Of a stretch of 54,112 nucleotides of DNA, positions 1-8,340 are shown piece after piece. The notes beneath the pieces are model-generated. The model searched no databases, was not told where the DNA came from, and saw nothing but the letters and a program-made list of their open reading frames with translations. The DNA comes from a virus (lineage: Duplodnaviria; Caudoviricetes). Location: IMG/VR virus record IMGVR_UViG_3300048636_000181, positions 1 through 54,112 of that record; one strand, written 5' to 3'. The translations under genes and the position numbers were made by a program. Each line of letters starts with the position of its first letter. The first letter of the stretch is position 1.

Positions 1-22
1 AGTCGATGACACGGAGGTAACA
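1..22 (+). repeat. 22-nt terminal direct repeat (copy 1), circular-assembly overlap
   Basis: AGTCGATGACACGGAGGTAACA at 1-22 is identical to 54091-54112. Confidence 0.95.
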
Positions 23-393
23 TGCTCATATATCTCATGTTCAATGAAGAAGGGATGGTCGATCGCTTCGGGCAAGCTAACTACCCACCTCCAGAGGCGG
101 TTCTAGTGGACATCCCTATCGACCACTCCATCCTTTCGCGGTTCTATCTTGCGGAGCGGCCCTCCCTGCCTGCCCCCGCTCAAGACGGCACGGTATGGAC
201 GGTGAGCGGCTGTCCGCTGGATACCCGCGTGGAAGTGATAGACGAGACCGGCGGGGAGATCATGTTTCAGGGCGACGCCGAGGAAGACGGGCAAGAGTTC
301 GTTTTCGATCTCCCAGACGCAGGGAACTATGAAATCACGGTGCTTCCGCCTGCCCCTTGGATGCCGATCGTCCGAAAGGTCCATGTAGAATGA
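22..393 (+). CDS. hypothetical tail-associated protein
   Basis: GGAGG RBS at 13-17; follows the tail-tip gene across the circular junction; ATGA overlap with the next gene. Confidence 0.7.
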   Translation: MLIYLMFNEEGMVDRFGQANYPPPEAVLVDIPIDHSILSRFYLAERPSLPAPAQDGTVWTVSGCPLDTRVEVIDETGGEIMFQGDAEEDGQEFVFDLPDAGNYEITVLPPAPWMPIVRKVHVE

Positions 394-815
394 TCGTCCT
401 GAGCCGCAGTCAGACGAGCCTTCAAAAAGAAGAGGCTCGTCGAACAAAAGCGATAGCAGATAAGATCACTGCGGAACGCGACCGGCGCATCGAGGCGGGT
501 TTCTGGTTCGGCGGAAAGCTGTTTCAGGCTCGCCCTGAAGATCAGCTCCGGCTGTCTGGAGCCGCCAATGCGGCCTCCGTGGCCATCGCCAACGGAGCGC
601 AGCCGGGGGACGTCAACTGGCACGGGGAGCCGGACCCCTTCGCGTGGATCGCCGAGGACAACTCGCAGATGGTGATGGACGCTCCGACGACCATCGCCTT
701 CGGCATGGCGCTGCTGCGCCACGTCAACTCGCACATCTTCGCCGCTCGGGCACTGAAGAATGCCGACCCCATCCCCGAGGACTACGCTGACGACAGCCAC
801 TGGCCGGGAGTCTGA
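390..815 (+). CDS. DUF4376-like tail fibre assembly/accessory protein
   Basis: Start moved to the ATG at 390 (ATGA overlap). 'ITAERDRRIEAGF..GKLFQ', 'FAWIAEDNSQMVMDA' and 'ARALKNADPIPEDYADDSHWP' are typical of this family. Confidence 0.7.
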   Translation: MIVLSRSQTSLQKEEARRTKAIADKITAERDRRIEAGFWFGGKLFQARPEDQLRLSGAANAASVAIANGAQPGDVNWHGEPDPFAWIAEDNSQMVMDAPTTIAFGMALLRHVNSHIFAARALKNADPIPEDYADDSHWPGV

Positions 816-816
816 C

Positions 817-1242
817 ATGCCGCACCGCATTCCCTATCACCGAAGGTTGATGGAGTTCCACTTCGCGTGCTGTACGATTGGGTTCGGTTTCTTCTTGCTG
901 CTGCCCGCAGTCTCGATGGACAGCCCGGCCTTCATCATCCTTCTTGTCTGGCTCCGAGAGTTCGAGTGGGCGTTCCTGTTCGTGATGACTGGAGCGGCGC
1001 ACCTCGCCAGCCTACTGGTCAACGGGATGAGATGGTGGACTCCATTCACGAGAACGTTCATGCTGGTGATCAATACTCTATGCTACAGCGTGTTCGCCTA
1101 CGGGTTCTGGACTCTGGACCCATACTCCACCGCAGTTTATACCTACGGCGTTTTCGTCGGCGCCGAGGCTCTGATCTGCATCTATCGAGCGGTTGTTGAC
1201 TGCGTCCACGCAATTACAATAAGGACGTCATATGTTCGCTGA
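817..1242 (+). CDS. multi-TM membrane protein, holin candidate
   Basis: About 4 hydrophobic segments; upstream of the endolysin; ATG 817 follows GGGAG. Confidence 0.55.
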   Translation: MPHRIPYHRRLMEFHFACCTIGFGFFLLLPAVSMDSPAFIILLVWLREFEWAFLFVMTGAAHLASLLVNGMRWWTPFTRTFMLVINTLCYSVFAYGFWTLDPYSTAVYTYGVFVGAEALICIYRAVVDCVHAITIRTSYVR

Positions 1243-1558
1243 AAATGTCGCGCTACTAATCAGCGCTATCAGTGGGGTCATTGTGGCTGTGGGCTCGGTG
1301 GCTGTGGTACGAGGTAGAAAAGAAGCTAAGGCGGGGGCAGGGGCTTCGGCAGAGGCGGTGCTCAATGCATCCATTAAGGACAACCCCGCTGCGGTCGAGG
1401 CATGCTCCAAGGCAATCGTCAAAGCAGTTGAATTAAACACTCAGGCGATCACCGAGGGCAACCGCATTGCAGCAATGACCCGGGAAGAGAGTCGTCTCAC
1501 GAACGACAAGCTCAACTCGATACACCTTGATATGTTCAGAGGAAGAGGACCCACATGA
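1232..1558 (+). CDS. single-TM membrane protein of the lysis cassette (holin/antiholin candidate)
   Basis: N-terminal TM helix followed by a helical tail; overlaps the endolysin start. Confidence 0.5.
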   Translation: MFAENVALLISAISGVIVAVGSVAVVRGRKEAKAGAGASAEAVLNASIKDNPAAVEACSKAIVKAVELNTQAITEGNRIAAMTREESRLTNDKLNSIHLDMFRGRGPT

Positions 1559-2283
1559 CTTTCACTCAAGAATTAGTGCTGACCCATCAGGAGCGGATGA
1601 AGCACCTCGGCTACTACACCGGTCCGCTCGATGGCGACGCAGGGGTCTTGACACAGGCAGCCTTCACGGACTTCAAAGTCCAGTGTGGTCTGGCGGCTCG
1701 GCCCTACCCCGGACCGATCACGATCGAGCGGCTCTGGGACGTGGACGCACCGCGGAGGCCGGTGCCCGATCCGATCGTTCTGAAGAAGATGCCCCCGCAG
1801 TTGGTCGAGGGTTTCCGATACCTCGGGATCAAAGAGACGCCGGGGAAGGCGAACAACCCTACCATCATGAAGTGGGCCGAGGATCTCGACCAATGGTATC
1901 CCGGCGACGACGTGCCGTGGTGCGGCCTTTACACCGCGCATTGCATGGCGGTCGGATACCCCGACGTCCCGCAGGATTTCAATCGCCTCGGCGCTCGCGA
2001 ATGGGGTAAATACGGGGTCGCCGCCGACAAGGACAACCCGCCTCTCGGCGCGGTATGGACGATGTGGCGAACCCATCCTACCAAGAGCTGGAATGGCCAT
2101 GTCGGCCTCGTCACCGGCTTCAACAACCACCACGTCCGTCTGCTGAGCGGAAACGTCAGCGACAGCGTGCAGGAACTCTGGTTCCCGCGTGAGCGGGGCC
2201 TCGCCTGCCGGGTGCCACTCGGCTACACCTACGGTCCTGCGCCTCGTGCCGAGACCGGCAAACTTTCCGTGAGGGAGAACTGA
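1555..2283 (+). CDS. endolysin: peptidoglycan-binding domain plus TIGR02594/NlpC-P60-like cysteine peptidase
   Basis: PG-binding 'QERMKHLGYYTGPLDGDAGVLTQAA'; catalytic 'DDVPWCG', 'GHVG' and 'LSGN' motifs. Confidence 0.85.
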   Translation: MTFTQELVLTHQERMKHLGYYTGPLDGDAGVLTQAAFTDFKVQCGLAARPYPGPITIERLWDVDAPRRPVPDPIVLKKMPPQLVEGFRYLGIKETPGKANNPTIMKWAEDLDQWYPGDDVPWCGLYTAHCMAVGYPDVPQDFNRLGAREWGKYGVAADKDNPPLGAVWTMWRTHPTKSWNGHVGLVTGFNNHHVRLLSGNVSDSVQELWFPRERGLACRVPLGYTYGPAPRAETGKLSVREN

Positions 2284-2285
2284 CC

Positions 2286-2624
2286 ATGGAACAGATCATC
2301 ACCGAGCTCCTGCTGGCGCTCATCCCGCTGCTCGTCGGCATCATGACGGCGTTGCTGTACCGCTACACCGGTATCAAGGTCGAGGATAAGCACGCCGAGA
2401 CTCTGAAGAAAGCACTTCGCACCGGGGTGCTGGTTGCTATCGAGAAGCGCGACCTCGGCGACGGAGGAGCCGCCGCATGGGGCGCCATCCGAGAAGAGGT
2501 TCTGCAGCACGTCCGATCCTCGGTGCCCGATGCGATCTCCAAGCTCAACCCGAGTGAATGGATTCTCGACAATCTCGGGATCGCCGAACTGCAGAAGGTC
2601 CGGCTCAAGCTGCCCTTGAATTAA
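2286..2624 (+). CDS. N-terminal TM protein, holin-like
   Basis: Hydrophobic N-terminus; immediately after the endolysin; last gene before the terminator. Confidence 0.55.
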   Translation: MEQIITELLLALIPLLVGIMTALLYRYTGIKVEDKHAETLKKALRTGVLVAIEKRDLGDGGAAAWGAIREEVLQHVRSSVPDAISKLNPSEWILDNLGIAELQKVRLKLPLN

Positions 2625-2627
2625 TCC

Positions 2628-2656
2628 AAAAGGCCCTCAGAAATGAGGGCCTTTTT
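2628..2656. terminator. bidirectional intrinsic terminator
   Basis: AAAAGGCCCTCA-GAAA-TGAGGGCCTTTTT lies between convergent transcription units. Confidence 0.85.
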
Positions 2657-2709
2657 CGTTTGGCTCTAGGAGCCGCTGGGAGGGGCCTAGGAGCCCCTTC
2701 TTTCTTTCC

Positions 2710-2751
2710 GGGGCCTCCCCCTCCTTCCGAAGAGAGAAGCCCCTTTCTCGG
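2710..2751 (-). repeat. conserved RNA hairpin, copy A
   Basis: The minus strand reads CCGAGAAA GGGGCTTCTCTCTTC-GGAA-GGAGGGGGAGGCCCC; a second copy is at 42539-42580. Confidence 0.7.
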
Positions 2752-2756
2752 CCGGA

Positions 2757-2912
2757 TTATTGGGGCTCCTCGCAGCGCCCGAGATAGGAAGGGTCCATGC
2801 CGGGGCAATTCGGCCCGAACTCGGACCCTTCCACAGCAAGATACCAGACGAAAGCGAGCACCGCGAGGAAGCCGAGAACCGAAAAAGTCTCTTCGATGGT
2901 CTTTCTTCTCAT
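2757..2912 (-). CDS. small membrane protein (51 aa), absent from the ORF track
   Basis: MRRKTIEETFSVLGFLAVLAFVWYLAVEGSEFGPNCPGMDPSYLGRCEEPQ*; ATGA-coupled to 2909..3127. Confidence 0.6.
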   Translation of the reverse strand: MRRKTIEETFSVLGFLAVLAFVWYLAVEGSEFGPNCPGMDPSYLGRCEEPQ

Positions 2913-3127
2913 GCTGCCACCACCCAAGTGCTCCCGCAGGAATGGTAAGTGCCGTGATTGCCCGGCGCATCGTCGAGGTCAATGAAGACCGTGACCTGAG
3001 TATCCGTCCATCCGGGGCCGAAGCCGAGGATGGTTCCCAGCTTGCCCCAAGTGGTCACTCTCTGGCCGACCTTGAAGCCATCAGCTTCCTTGCGCTTGTC
3101 CATGGCGGGGATGATTTTGCCGTCCAT
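2909..3127 (-). CDS. hypothetical protein
   Basis: AAGGA RBS; TAATG overlap with the upstream gene. Confidence 0.6.
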   Translation of the reverse strand: MDGKIIPAMDKRKEADGFKVGQRVTTWGKLGTILGFGPGWTDTQVTVFIDLDDAPGNHGTYHSCGSTWVVAA

Positions 3128-3594
3128 TATTTCGTTCCTTTTCTGGGAGTGCCTGCTTTAGTGAGAGTTGCTTGATAAGCGAGAGCGTCAGCGATTGCGT
3201 TTTCGTTTTCTTCTGCAGTCGGAAGAATGCGAACCAAGGTGTCAGGGGCAACCTGGATTGCTGTTTTTGCGCCAGTGATGCGGACTTGGTCCCCGACGTC
3301 ATGCCAGATACCGTCTTTCATGTAGCGTGCGCCAGAAGGGACAGTTTTCACTTCGATGGCGGTGAGCTTCTTGATCCTGTCGGTCCGGATCGCTTGGCCG
3401 ACCTTGACTTCGGAAGCCGGCACCTTAAACTTGGAGAGGTAGTATTCTTTGGCGGCTTTGCCGCGTTTGGTAAGGGCCCGGCAACCATTTTCGCCATTGC
3501 ATTTATAGCAGCGATCGTGCTCGCCGTTGAAGGAGTGACAGCCGGTGCCTCCGCAGCGGGTGCAGGGTTCGGTTTCGAAGACTGTGGTAGACAT
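3127..3594 (-). CDS. zinc-finger (CxxCxGxG) early protein
   Basis: CTRCGGTG...CYKCNG; start moved to ATG 3594 after an AAGGAG RBS and a promoter. Confidence 0.7.
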   Translation of the reverse strand: MSTTVFETEPCTRCGGTGCHSFNGEHDRCYKCNGENGCRALTKRGKAAKEYYLSKFKVPASEVKVGQAIRTDRIKKLTAIEVKTVPSGARYMKDGIWHDVGDQVRITGAKTAIQVAPDTLVRILPTAEENENAIADALAYQATLTKAGTPRKGTK

Positions 3595-3618
3595 GTGCTT
3601 GCTCCTTGCTATGCCCTC

Positions 3619-3647
3619 AATATACGACACCTCTATGCCCATGTCAA
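3619..3647 (-). promoter_or_regulatory. sigma70-type promoter
   Basis: TTGACA-17 nt-TATATT. Confidence 0.85.
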
Positions 3648-3655
3648 CAAGTTTC

Positions 3656-5692
3656 TTAGTCGGCCGTTCCCCAGCTAGGTCCGGTCGAGATGTCGATCAT
3701 GACGGGAACGCTAAGTTCAGGAACCGCGTTTTCCATGACGCGTTTGAACTCTGCCCACCAAGGACCATTCGGATCGTTAAGATCATCGAAGTCAAGCTCA
3801 TCATGGACGGTCAGCAGCGGGATGCCGCAAGCGTCCTCTTCGAAGAGCCCAGCCTCGTAGGCTGTGACCATGGCTTTCTTCATGACGTCCGCGGCTCCGC
3901 CTTGAAGCTTGCGATTGAGTGCCTTGTGAGTCCTCGACCGCTGGATATTATAGACCCCCCACTCCCGAGCGGCCGCTTCGTACTCCATGTCCGAGGTACC
4001 GGGATCATATCTCTTCGGCCCCCAACGGGTGAAGTCCGAACGGCGGCCGAGGATAGTTTCAACATATCCGAGGCGATGAACTTCCGCAGCCGCCTCGTCC
4101 ATGGTCGCTTTTGCATAGGGGGCAGCCTTATGGTAGATCTCGAACAGCTGCTTACCTTCCGCAAGAGGCATGCCCAAGTCCCCGGCAAGCTTCCCCTCGG
4201 ACATGCCATAGATCAGACCGAAGTTGATGTTCTTAATCGGCCTCCGATCCAGCTCTCGACCCGAGAAGTCTTTGACAAGAGCAATAGTCTTGTCGTGGTA
4301 GTCCATGTCGGGGTTTCTTCTATAGGTCTCCCGTAGCTCGTGCGCGCCGGGACCGACCGCATGATGAGCCAGCATCCGATATTCGATCTGGCTGTAGTCG
4401 GCTTTGCGCCAAAGCCCGAGGGCAACGAAGATCTCTCGAACCTTCTTCCCTATTTCAGTTCTGACCGGGATGTTCTGAAGGTTTGGGTCACTCGAAGAGA
4501 ACCGCCCTGACCGAGCCCCGCCGCCTTCCCCTTTAAGGGGATGGAATGAGCAATGAACACGTCCGTTAACGTTCTTCTCAATAATATAGGACTTGACGAA
4601 AGTGTTCTTAACTTTCGCCGTCCTACGGTAATCAAGAATAGCCGCGGCTAGTGGGTGCTCGATTTCTTCTAGCAGCGGCGCCGAGAAAGAAACCTTGCGC
4701 TCTTTAGTCTTTCGGTCAACAGCAATAGGGAGCGGGATACCCAATCTCTTAAAGGCAGAGGTCAAGCTGTCCCGAGCGTTAGGGTTTACTGGTTGCCCTG
4801 CAATATCCGACAGAGCTTTTTCCTGACGAACAAGGTCATCCCCTAGTTCGTCATGGAGCTGATGCGCCCTATCAAGATCGACTGGTGCACCCTTCATTCT
4901 CATTCTGACGAGAAGAGGGATCAGCCGGCATTCTAGATCGAAAAGGTTAGTAACTCCTCGTCTCCACAAAGCCGGCCATTGCGCGTTCAGAATATGAACC
5001 GGCTGTGCGGCGTCTCCTTCAGCATATGGACCTACCAAAGACGGAGGCGCCAAATACAAATTAGCTCGCTGGTCTTTGGGATTACCCCCACACCAAGTAT
5101 GAAGCCACTCATAGAGGACATTGGTTACTTTACCGTAGCCGAGGTATTTTTCTGCTAGGCTGTCGAGATCGACGTTAGGCGCCTCGGAGTTCAATAGCGC
5201 TTCGGCAAATTGAACGTCATAGAGACGTCCCCGAACTTCTACCCCTTCAGCCATCAATGAGCCGACATCATAGATCAAGTTTGCCCCAACTTTCGGTCGG
5301 TCATCCCCGAGGGTATGAGCTACGAACCGAAGGACTTGATCTCGATCCATATTCATCGCCATATGCTCAGGCGGGAGAACATGTTTTCCGTCTTCGATCC
5401 CATGCGCGAACGGGAAGTACCAGCTCGTTCCGTCCTCGGCGCTTAGGGAGATGCCGGTTAGGTGCGATTTATTGCGGCCCCACCCCGGCCCTGACTTCCT
5501 AAGTTCAGGATCATACCCTTCAACGTCAAAGCCAATAATGCGCGATCCGGAGAGGTTCGGAAACTCATGCGGACGCCACCCAGTCACCGGAATGTCCGGG
5601 ATCGGGCCGCGCTCACGGGGGCCGCGGGTTCCCCCCTTTCGAACAGGCGGGAGGTCTTCCCATAGGAGACCAACCCGTGTAGGATCAAACAT
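3656..5692 (-). CDS. family A DNA polymerase with 3'-5' exonuclease domain
   Basis: Exonuclease 'FDVE'; 'SGRFSSSDPNLQNIP'; motif A 'ADYSQIEYR'; motif B 'KNINFGLIYG'; motif C 'TVHDEL'. Confidence 0.95.
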   Translation of the reverse strand: MFDPTRVGLLWEDLPPVRKGGTRGPRERGPIPDIPVTGWRPHEFPNLSGSRIIGFDVEGYDPELRKSGPGWGRNKSHLTGISLSAEDGTSWYFPFAHGIEDGKHVLPPEHMAMNMDRDQVLRFVAHTLGDDRPKVGANLIYDVGSLMAEGVEVRGRLYDVQFAEALLNSEAPNVDLDSLAEKYLGYGKVTNVLYEWLHTWCGGNPKDQRANLYLAPPSLVGPYAEGDAAQPVHILNAQWPALWRRGVTNLFDLECRLIPLLVRMRMKGAPVDLDRAHQLHDELGDDLVRQEKALSDIAGQPVNPNARDSLTSAFKRLGIPLPIAVDRKTKERKVSFSAPLLEEIEHPLAAAILDYRRTAKVKNTFVKSYIIEKNVNGRVHCSFHPLKGEGGGARSGRFSSSDPNLQNIPVRTEIGKKVREIFVALGLWRKADYSQIEYRMLAHHAVGPGAHELRETYRRNPDMDYHDKTIALVKDFSGRELDRRPIKNINFGLIYGMSEGKLAGDLGMPLAEGKQLFEIYHKAAPYAKATMDEAAAEVHRLGYVETILGRRSDFTRWGPKRYDPGTSDMEYEAAAREWGVYNIQRSRTHKALNRKLQGGAADVMKKAMVTAYEAGLFEEDACGIPLLTVHDELDFDDLNDPNGPWWAEFKRVMENAVPELSVPVMIDISTGPSWGTAD

Positions 5693-6644
5693 TAGTCATA
5701 CCTACAATCACGCCTCGAAGGCTATCTCCAGTAAACAAGCAAGGCTGCGGGTAGGCATCGAACGCCATATGCGTAGCGAGCCCGTTAACCAACTTGAGCA
5801 TTTTGGAAGAAAACGCCGGACCCTCCGGCAGCCCCTCCACTTCGATAGTTGCCCCCATATCTTCGGCCCCCGTGGTGAGGGCTCCTTCCTGAAACTTCAC
5901 AACAGTGGTCTCTGGCGGGACAAAAGGATCAATAGTCGACAACGCTTCGAACAGTGAGGCGGGTAGAGGCCGCAGCGTCCCGACCGCCCTCTCGAAGATG
6001 GTGGCGACGGTGTCGACCGGCCAGTCGACGGAAAGTCTCTGAGTTCGAAGCCATCGTCCGTCCTCGTAGTGGAAAGTGACGCTAGTCTCGGCGACTTGGA
6101 CTGAAATAGGATCTTCCTTGATTCTTGCCAGCTCGGCGACGGCGAACCTCGGAATATTGAAAGTAGGCCATGGGTGGTTAAGCCATGCTTGCAGAATGAT
6201 GACGTTGTTCGTTACTTCGAGCAAGCCATTGGTAAAGTTCATCCCCATCGCCCAAGGGCGAGTAGCGTCCTGCGCGATCAGGGGGAGAAGCTTCTTGCAC
6301 CACTCCGCCAGTCCCGGCAATCCCGGGTATACCTCTCCTTGCGGTTCGATCTCGTAGATCGCTGCGTCCGTGCAGGGGATTAGAGCTTTAAATCCCCCTG
6401 ACTTGATTGAAAGTCGGCCGGTTTCCGTTAGGCGAATTGAGATAACGTCTTCGCACGCCGCTAGGGCCTTATGGAAGAGTACGGCTTTAGGTTTTGCCTC
6501 GATGTCGAGGTCGATAGGGGCAGACAACGCCATATGCCCGTTGTAGCCGATTACAGTTCCTTTCCTGAGCTGGTAGTATTCCAGCTCGGGGGTTATCGTG
6601 TTAACCTTAAGGGCACCTTGCGCAAACTTTAGAGCCTCTAGCAT
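5685..6644 (-). CDS. DNA polymerase III beta-clamp-like processivity factor
   Basis: About 320 aa between dpdA and the polymerase; 'DATRPWAMG', 'TNNVI' and terminal 'GVIVGM' match beta-clamp-like phage proteins; start moved to MLEALKF (AGGAG RBS). Confidence 0.75.
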   Translation of the reverse strand: MLEALKFAQGALKVNTITPELEYYQLRKGTVIGYNGHMALSAPIDLDIEAKPKAVLFHKALAACEDVISIRLTETGRLSIKSGGFKALIPCTDAAIYEIEPQGEVYPGLPGLAEWCKKLLPLIAQDATRPWAMGMNFTNGLLEVTNNVIILQAWLNHPWPTFNIPRFAVAELARIKEDPISVQVAETSVTFHYEDGRWLRTQRLSVDWPVDTVATIFERAVGTLRPLPASLFEALSTIDPFVPPETTVVKFQEGALTTGAEDMGATIEVEGLPEGPAFSSKMLKLVNGLATHMAFDAYPQPCLFTGDSLRGVIVGMTNV

Positions 6645-6654
6645 TTCTTCGCTC

Positions 6655-7563
6655 CTAGAAGAGTAGTTGTTGTTTTGCTTTGAAGGGTTGACGCCAATGG
6701 TCATCCCCCATTAGTTTCCCCACTCGGTCGTAAGAAAAGCAATTCAATGCCCAGCGCCCGTCGTGGACATCTCTTACCTGCTCCAAAGTAAGGCCGTAGT
6801 ATGCTAACTTTTCGAGAATGGTGGCCTGCGCTTCAGGGGGCATGGAATTGAAATGTGCCCCCCATTTTCTTATATTAGGGGATCGGGCTGAAATAGAGAT
6901 CGCCCGATTGAACTCAGGAAGCATTATCGAGCCGTTCGCGGCCATTTGGACCCATGAAGACGAGTCGCAAGAATACCATGGGTATTTAGACATTAGCTTT
7001 CGAGACGTAAGGCCAAACCCGTGAACTTTTCGCCGGGCAATTCCGTCTTTATCAGTTAGAACCTTTTCCCATATCTCATCAAGCCATAGTTCAAGTTTAT
7101 TGTTAGGAATAGGCACCATCCCGCCAATCGTAATGTACTCGTAATTGCGAATATAGTACTCACATAGGTCGAGGGGCTCGCCGTAGTGAAAGCAGGGAAG
7201 GACCTCGGCCCCTAGCTTTTCGAGGGTGTTTTGATTATGGAAGGTGCCTTCCGGATCACCGATGGCGTCGAGAACTGACGCCATTTCGATAATGTCCTGA
7301 TGGCCTTTTACGAACTCTGCGTAGGCTTCGATGCTGACTTCGACCCCGAGACTAAACGCCGAGAAGGCGCCCGAGTCAAGAAACACCTTATCCCCAGCGC
7401 GTCGAATCATATCGACGTACCGGCCCTTGTGGATATAATGATATGATTCGAGCTTATGGGTAACCTCGTCTCGCAGAGCCTTCATTTGAGGCGTAAACCT
7501 GCGATAGAGGTTACCGAAGATGCTCAAGTGCGAGGTATAGAGCCCCGCTATATAGAGCCGCAT
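6655..7563 (-). CDS. dpdA: DpdA DNA 7-deazaguanine transglycosylase (TGT-like)
   Basis: 'FLDSGAFS', 'LDAIGD', 'PCFHYGE', 'HGFG' and 'DSSSW' motifs; directly downstream of queC. Confidence 0.85.
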   Translation of the reverse strand: MRLYIAGLYTSHLSIFGNLYRRFTPQMKALRDEVTHKLESYHYIHKGRYVDMIRRAGDKVFLDSGAFSAFSLGVEVSIEAYAEFVKGHQDIIEMASVLDAIGDPEGTFHNQNTLEKLGAEVLPCFHYGEPLDLCEYYIRNYEYITIGGMVPIPNNKLELWLDEIWEKVLTDKDGIARRKVHGFGLTSRKLMSKYPWYSCDSSSWVQMAANGSIMLPEFNRAISISARSPNIRKWGAHFNSMPPEAQATILEKLAYYGLTLEQVRDVHDGRWALNCFSYDRVGKLMGDDHWRQPFKAKQQLLF

Positions 7564-7574
7564 GACGCCTCCCC

Positions 7575-8330
7575 TTAGCGGACGTCGTCGTAGTTCGAAG
7601 TCGTGGGCAAGTTCATCAGCCCTTCTCGGTGGGCGCGAAGAACCAGCGGATCGGGGACGCCCGCTTCCTCGAAACCCTTCGCCCGAAGCAGCGTCGCATG
7701 GTCGTGGCCGACCGGTGGATACTGGCCGTCATAGCTGGTATGCGTATAGGCCAGCGCTTCCATGCACCCCGGCAGGTCCATTGCGAGATGGACGGATTGA
7801 GCCTTGGTGAGGTCCATCAGCGGCGTGTGGATTGTCAGGTTTCCGAGGGCGCCGTCTTCGCCGGTGAAGGTCCCGAAGTTGCAGGCATCCTGTACCTTGT
7901 CGATGAAGACCTGTCGGCAATCGGGGTACCCGCCGTAATCCTCTTGACAGACGCCGGTCACGAGATTCTGGATCCCCCGGACATAGGCCCGGTTGGCCGC
8001 AACTGTCAGGAACAGCTGGTTTCGCATAGGAACGAAGGTCTTTTCCAGTCCGCCCGGCAGGCTCTGGTGGTCCTCGTATTGCTCCAGCTCGGCGCCGGAG
8101 ACCAACGGGGAAGTGCCTTCGAGGATATGCCCTCCGAGGTCGATCACTTCGTGAGAAGCGACGCCGGCCGCGGCCGCGACCTGAAGAGCCGATTGGATTT
8201 CGATTGCATGCCGCTGACCGTAATTGAAGGTCACTGTATGCAGCTCGTCGAAGTGCTCTTTCGCCCAGAACAGGCAGGTGGTCGAGTCCTGCCCTCCGGA
8301 CAGAACGATAAGCGCTTTGGTCTTATTCAT
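7575..8330 (-). CDS. queC: 7-cyano-7-deazaguanine (preQ0) synthase
   Basis: PP-loop 'SGGQDSTTCL', 'YGQRH', 'FVPMRN', 'GYPDC', 'TPLM'. Confidence 0.92.
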   Translation of the reverse strand: MNKTKALIVLSGGQDSTTCLFWAKEHFDELHTVTFNYGQRHAIEIQSALQVAAAAGVASHEVIDLGGHILEGTSPLVSGAELEQYEDHQSLPGGLEKTFVPMRNQLFLTVAANRAYVRGIQNLVTGVCQEDYGGYPDCRQVFIDKVQDACNFGTFTGEDGALGNLTIHTPLMDLTKAQSVHLAMDLPGCMEALAYTHTSYDGQYPPVGHDHATLLRAKGFEEAGVPDPLVLRAHREGLMNLPTTSNYDDVR

Positions 8331-8340
8331 GGTATGCTCC

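Noticed and set aside
2558-3175. 205-aa plus-strand ORF and the 2605..2982 minus-strand ORF
   Set aside because: Both run through the terminator and hairpin; the coupled minus-strand genes 2909..3127 and 2757..2912 explain the region better.
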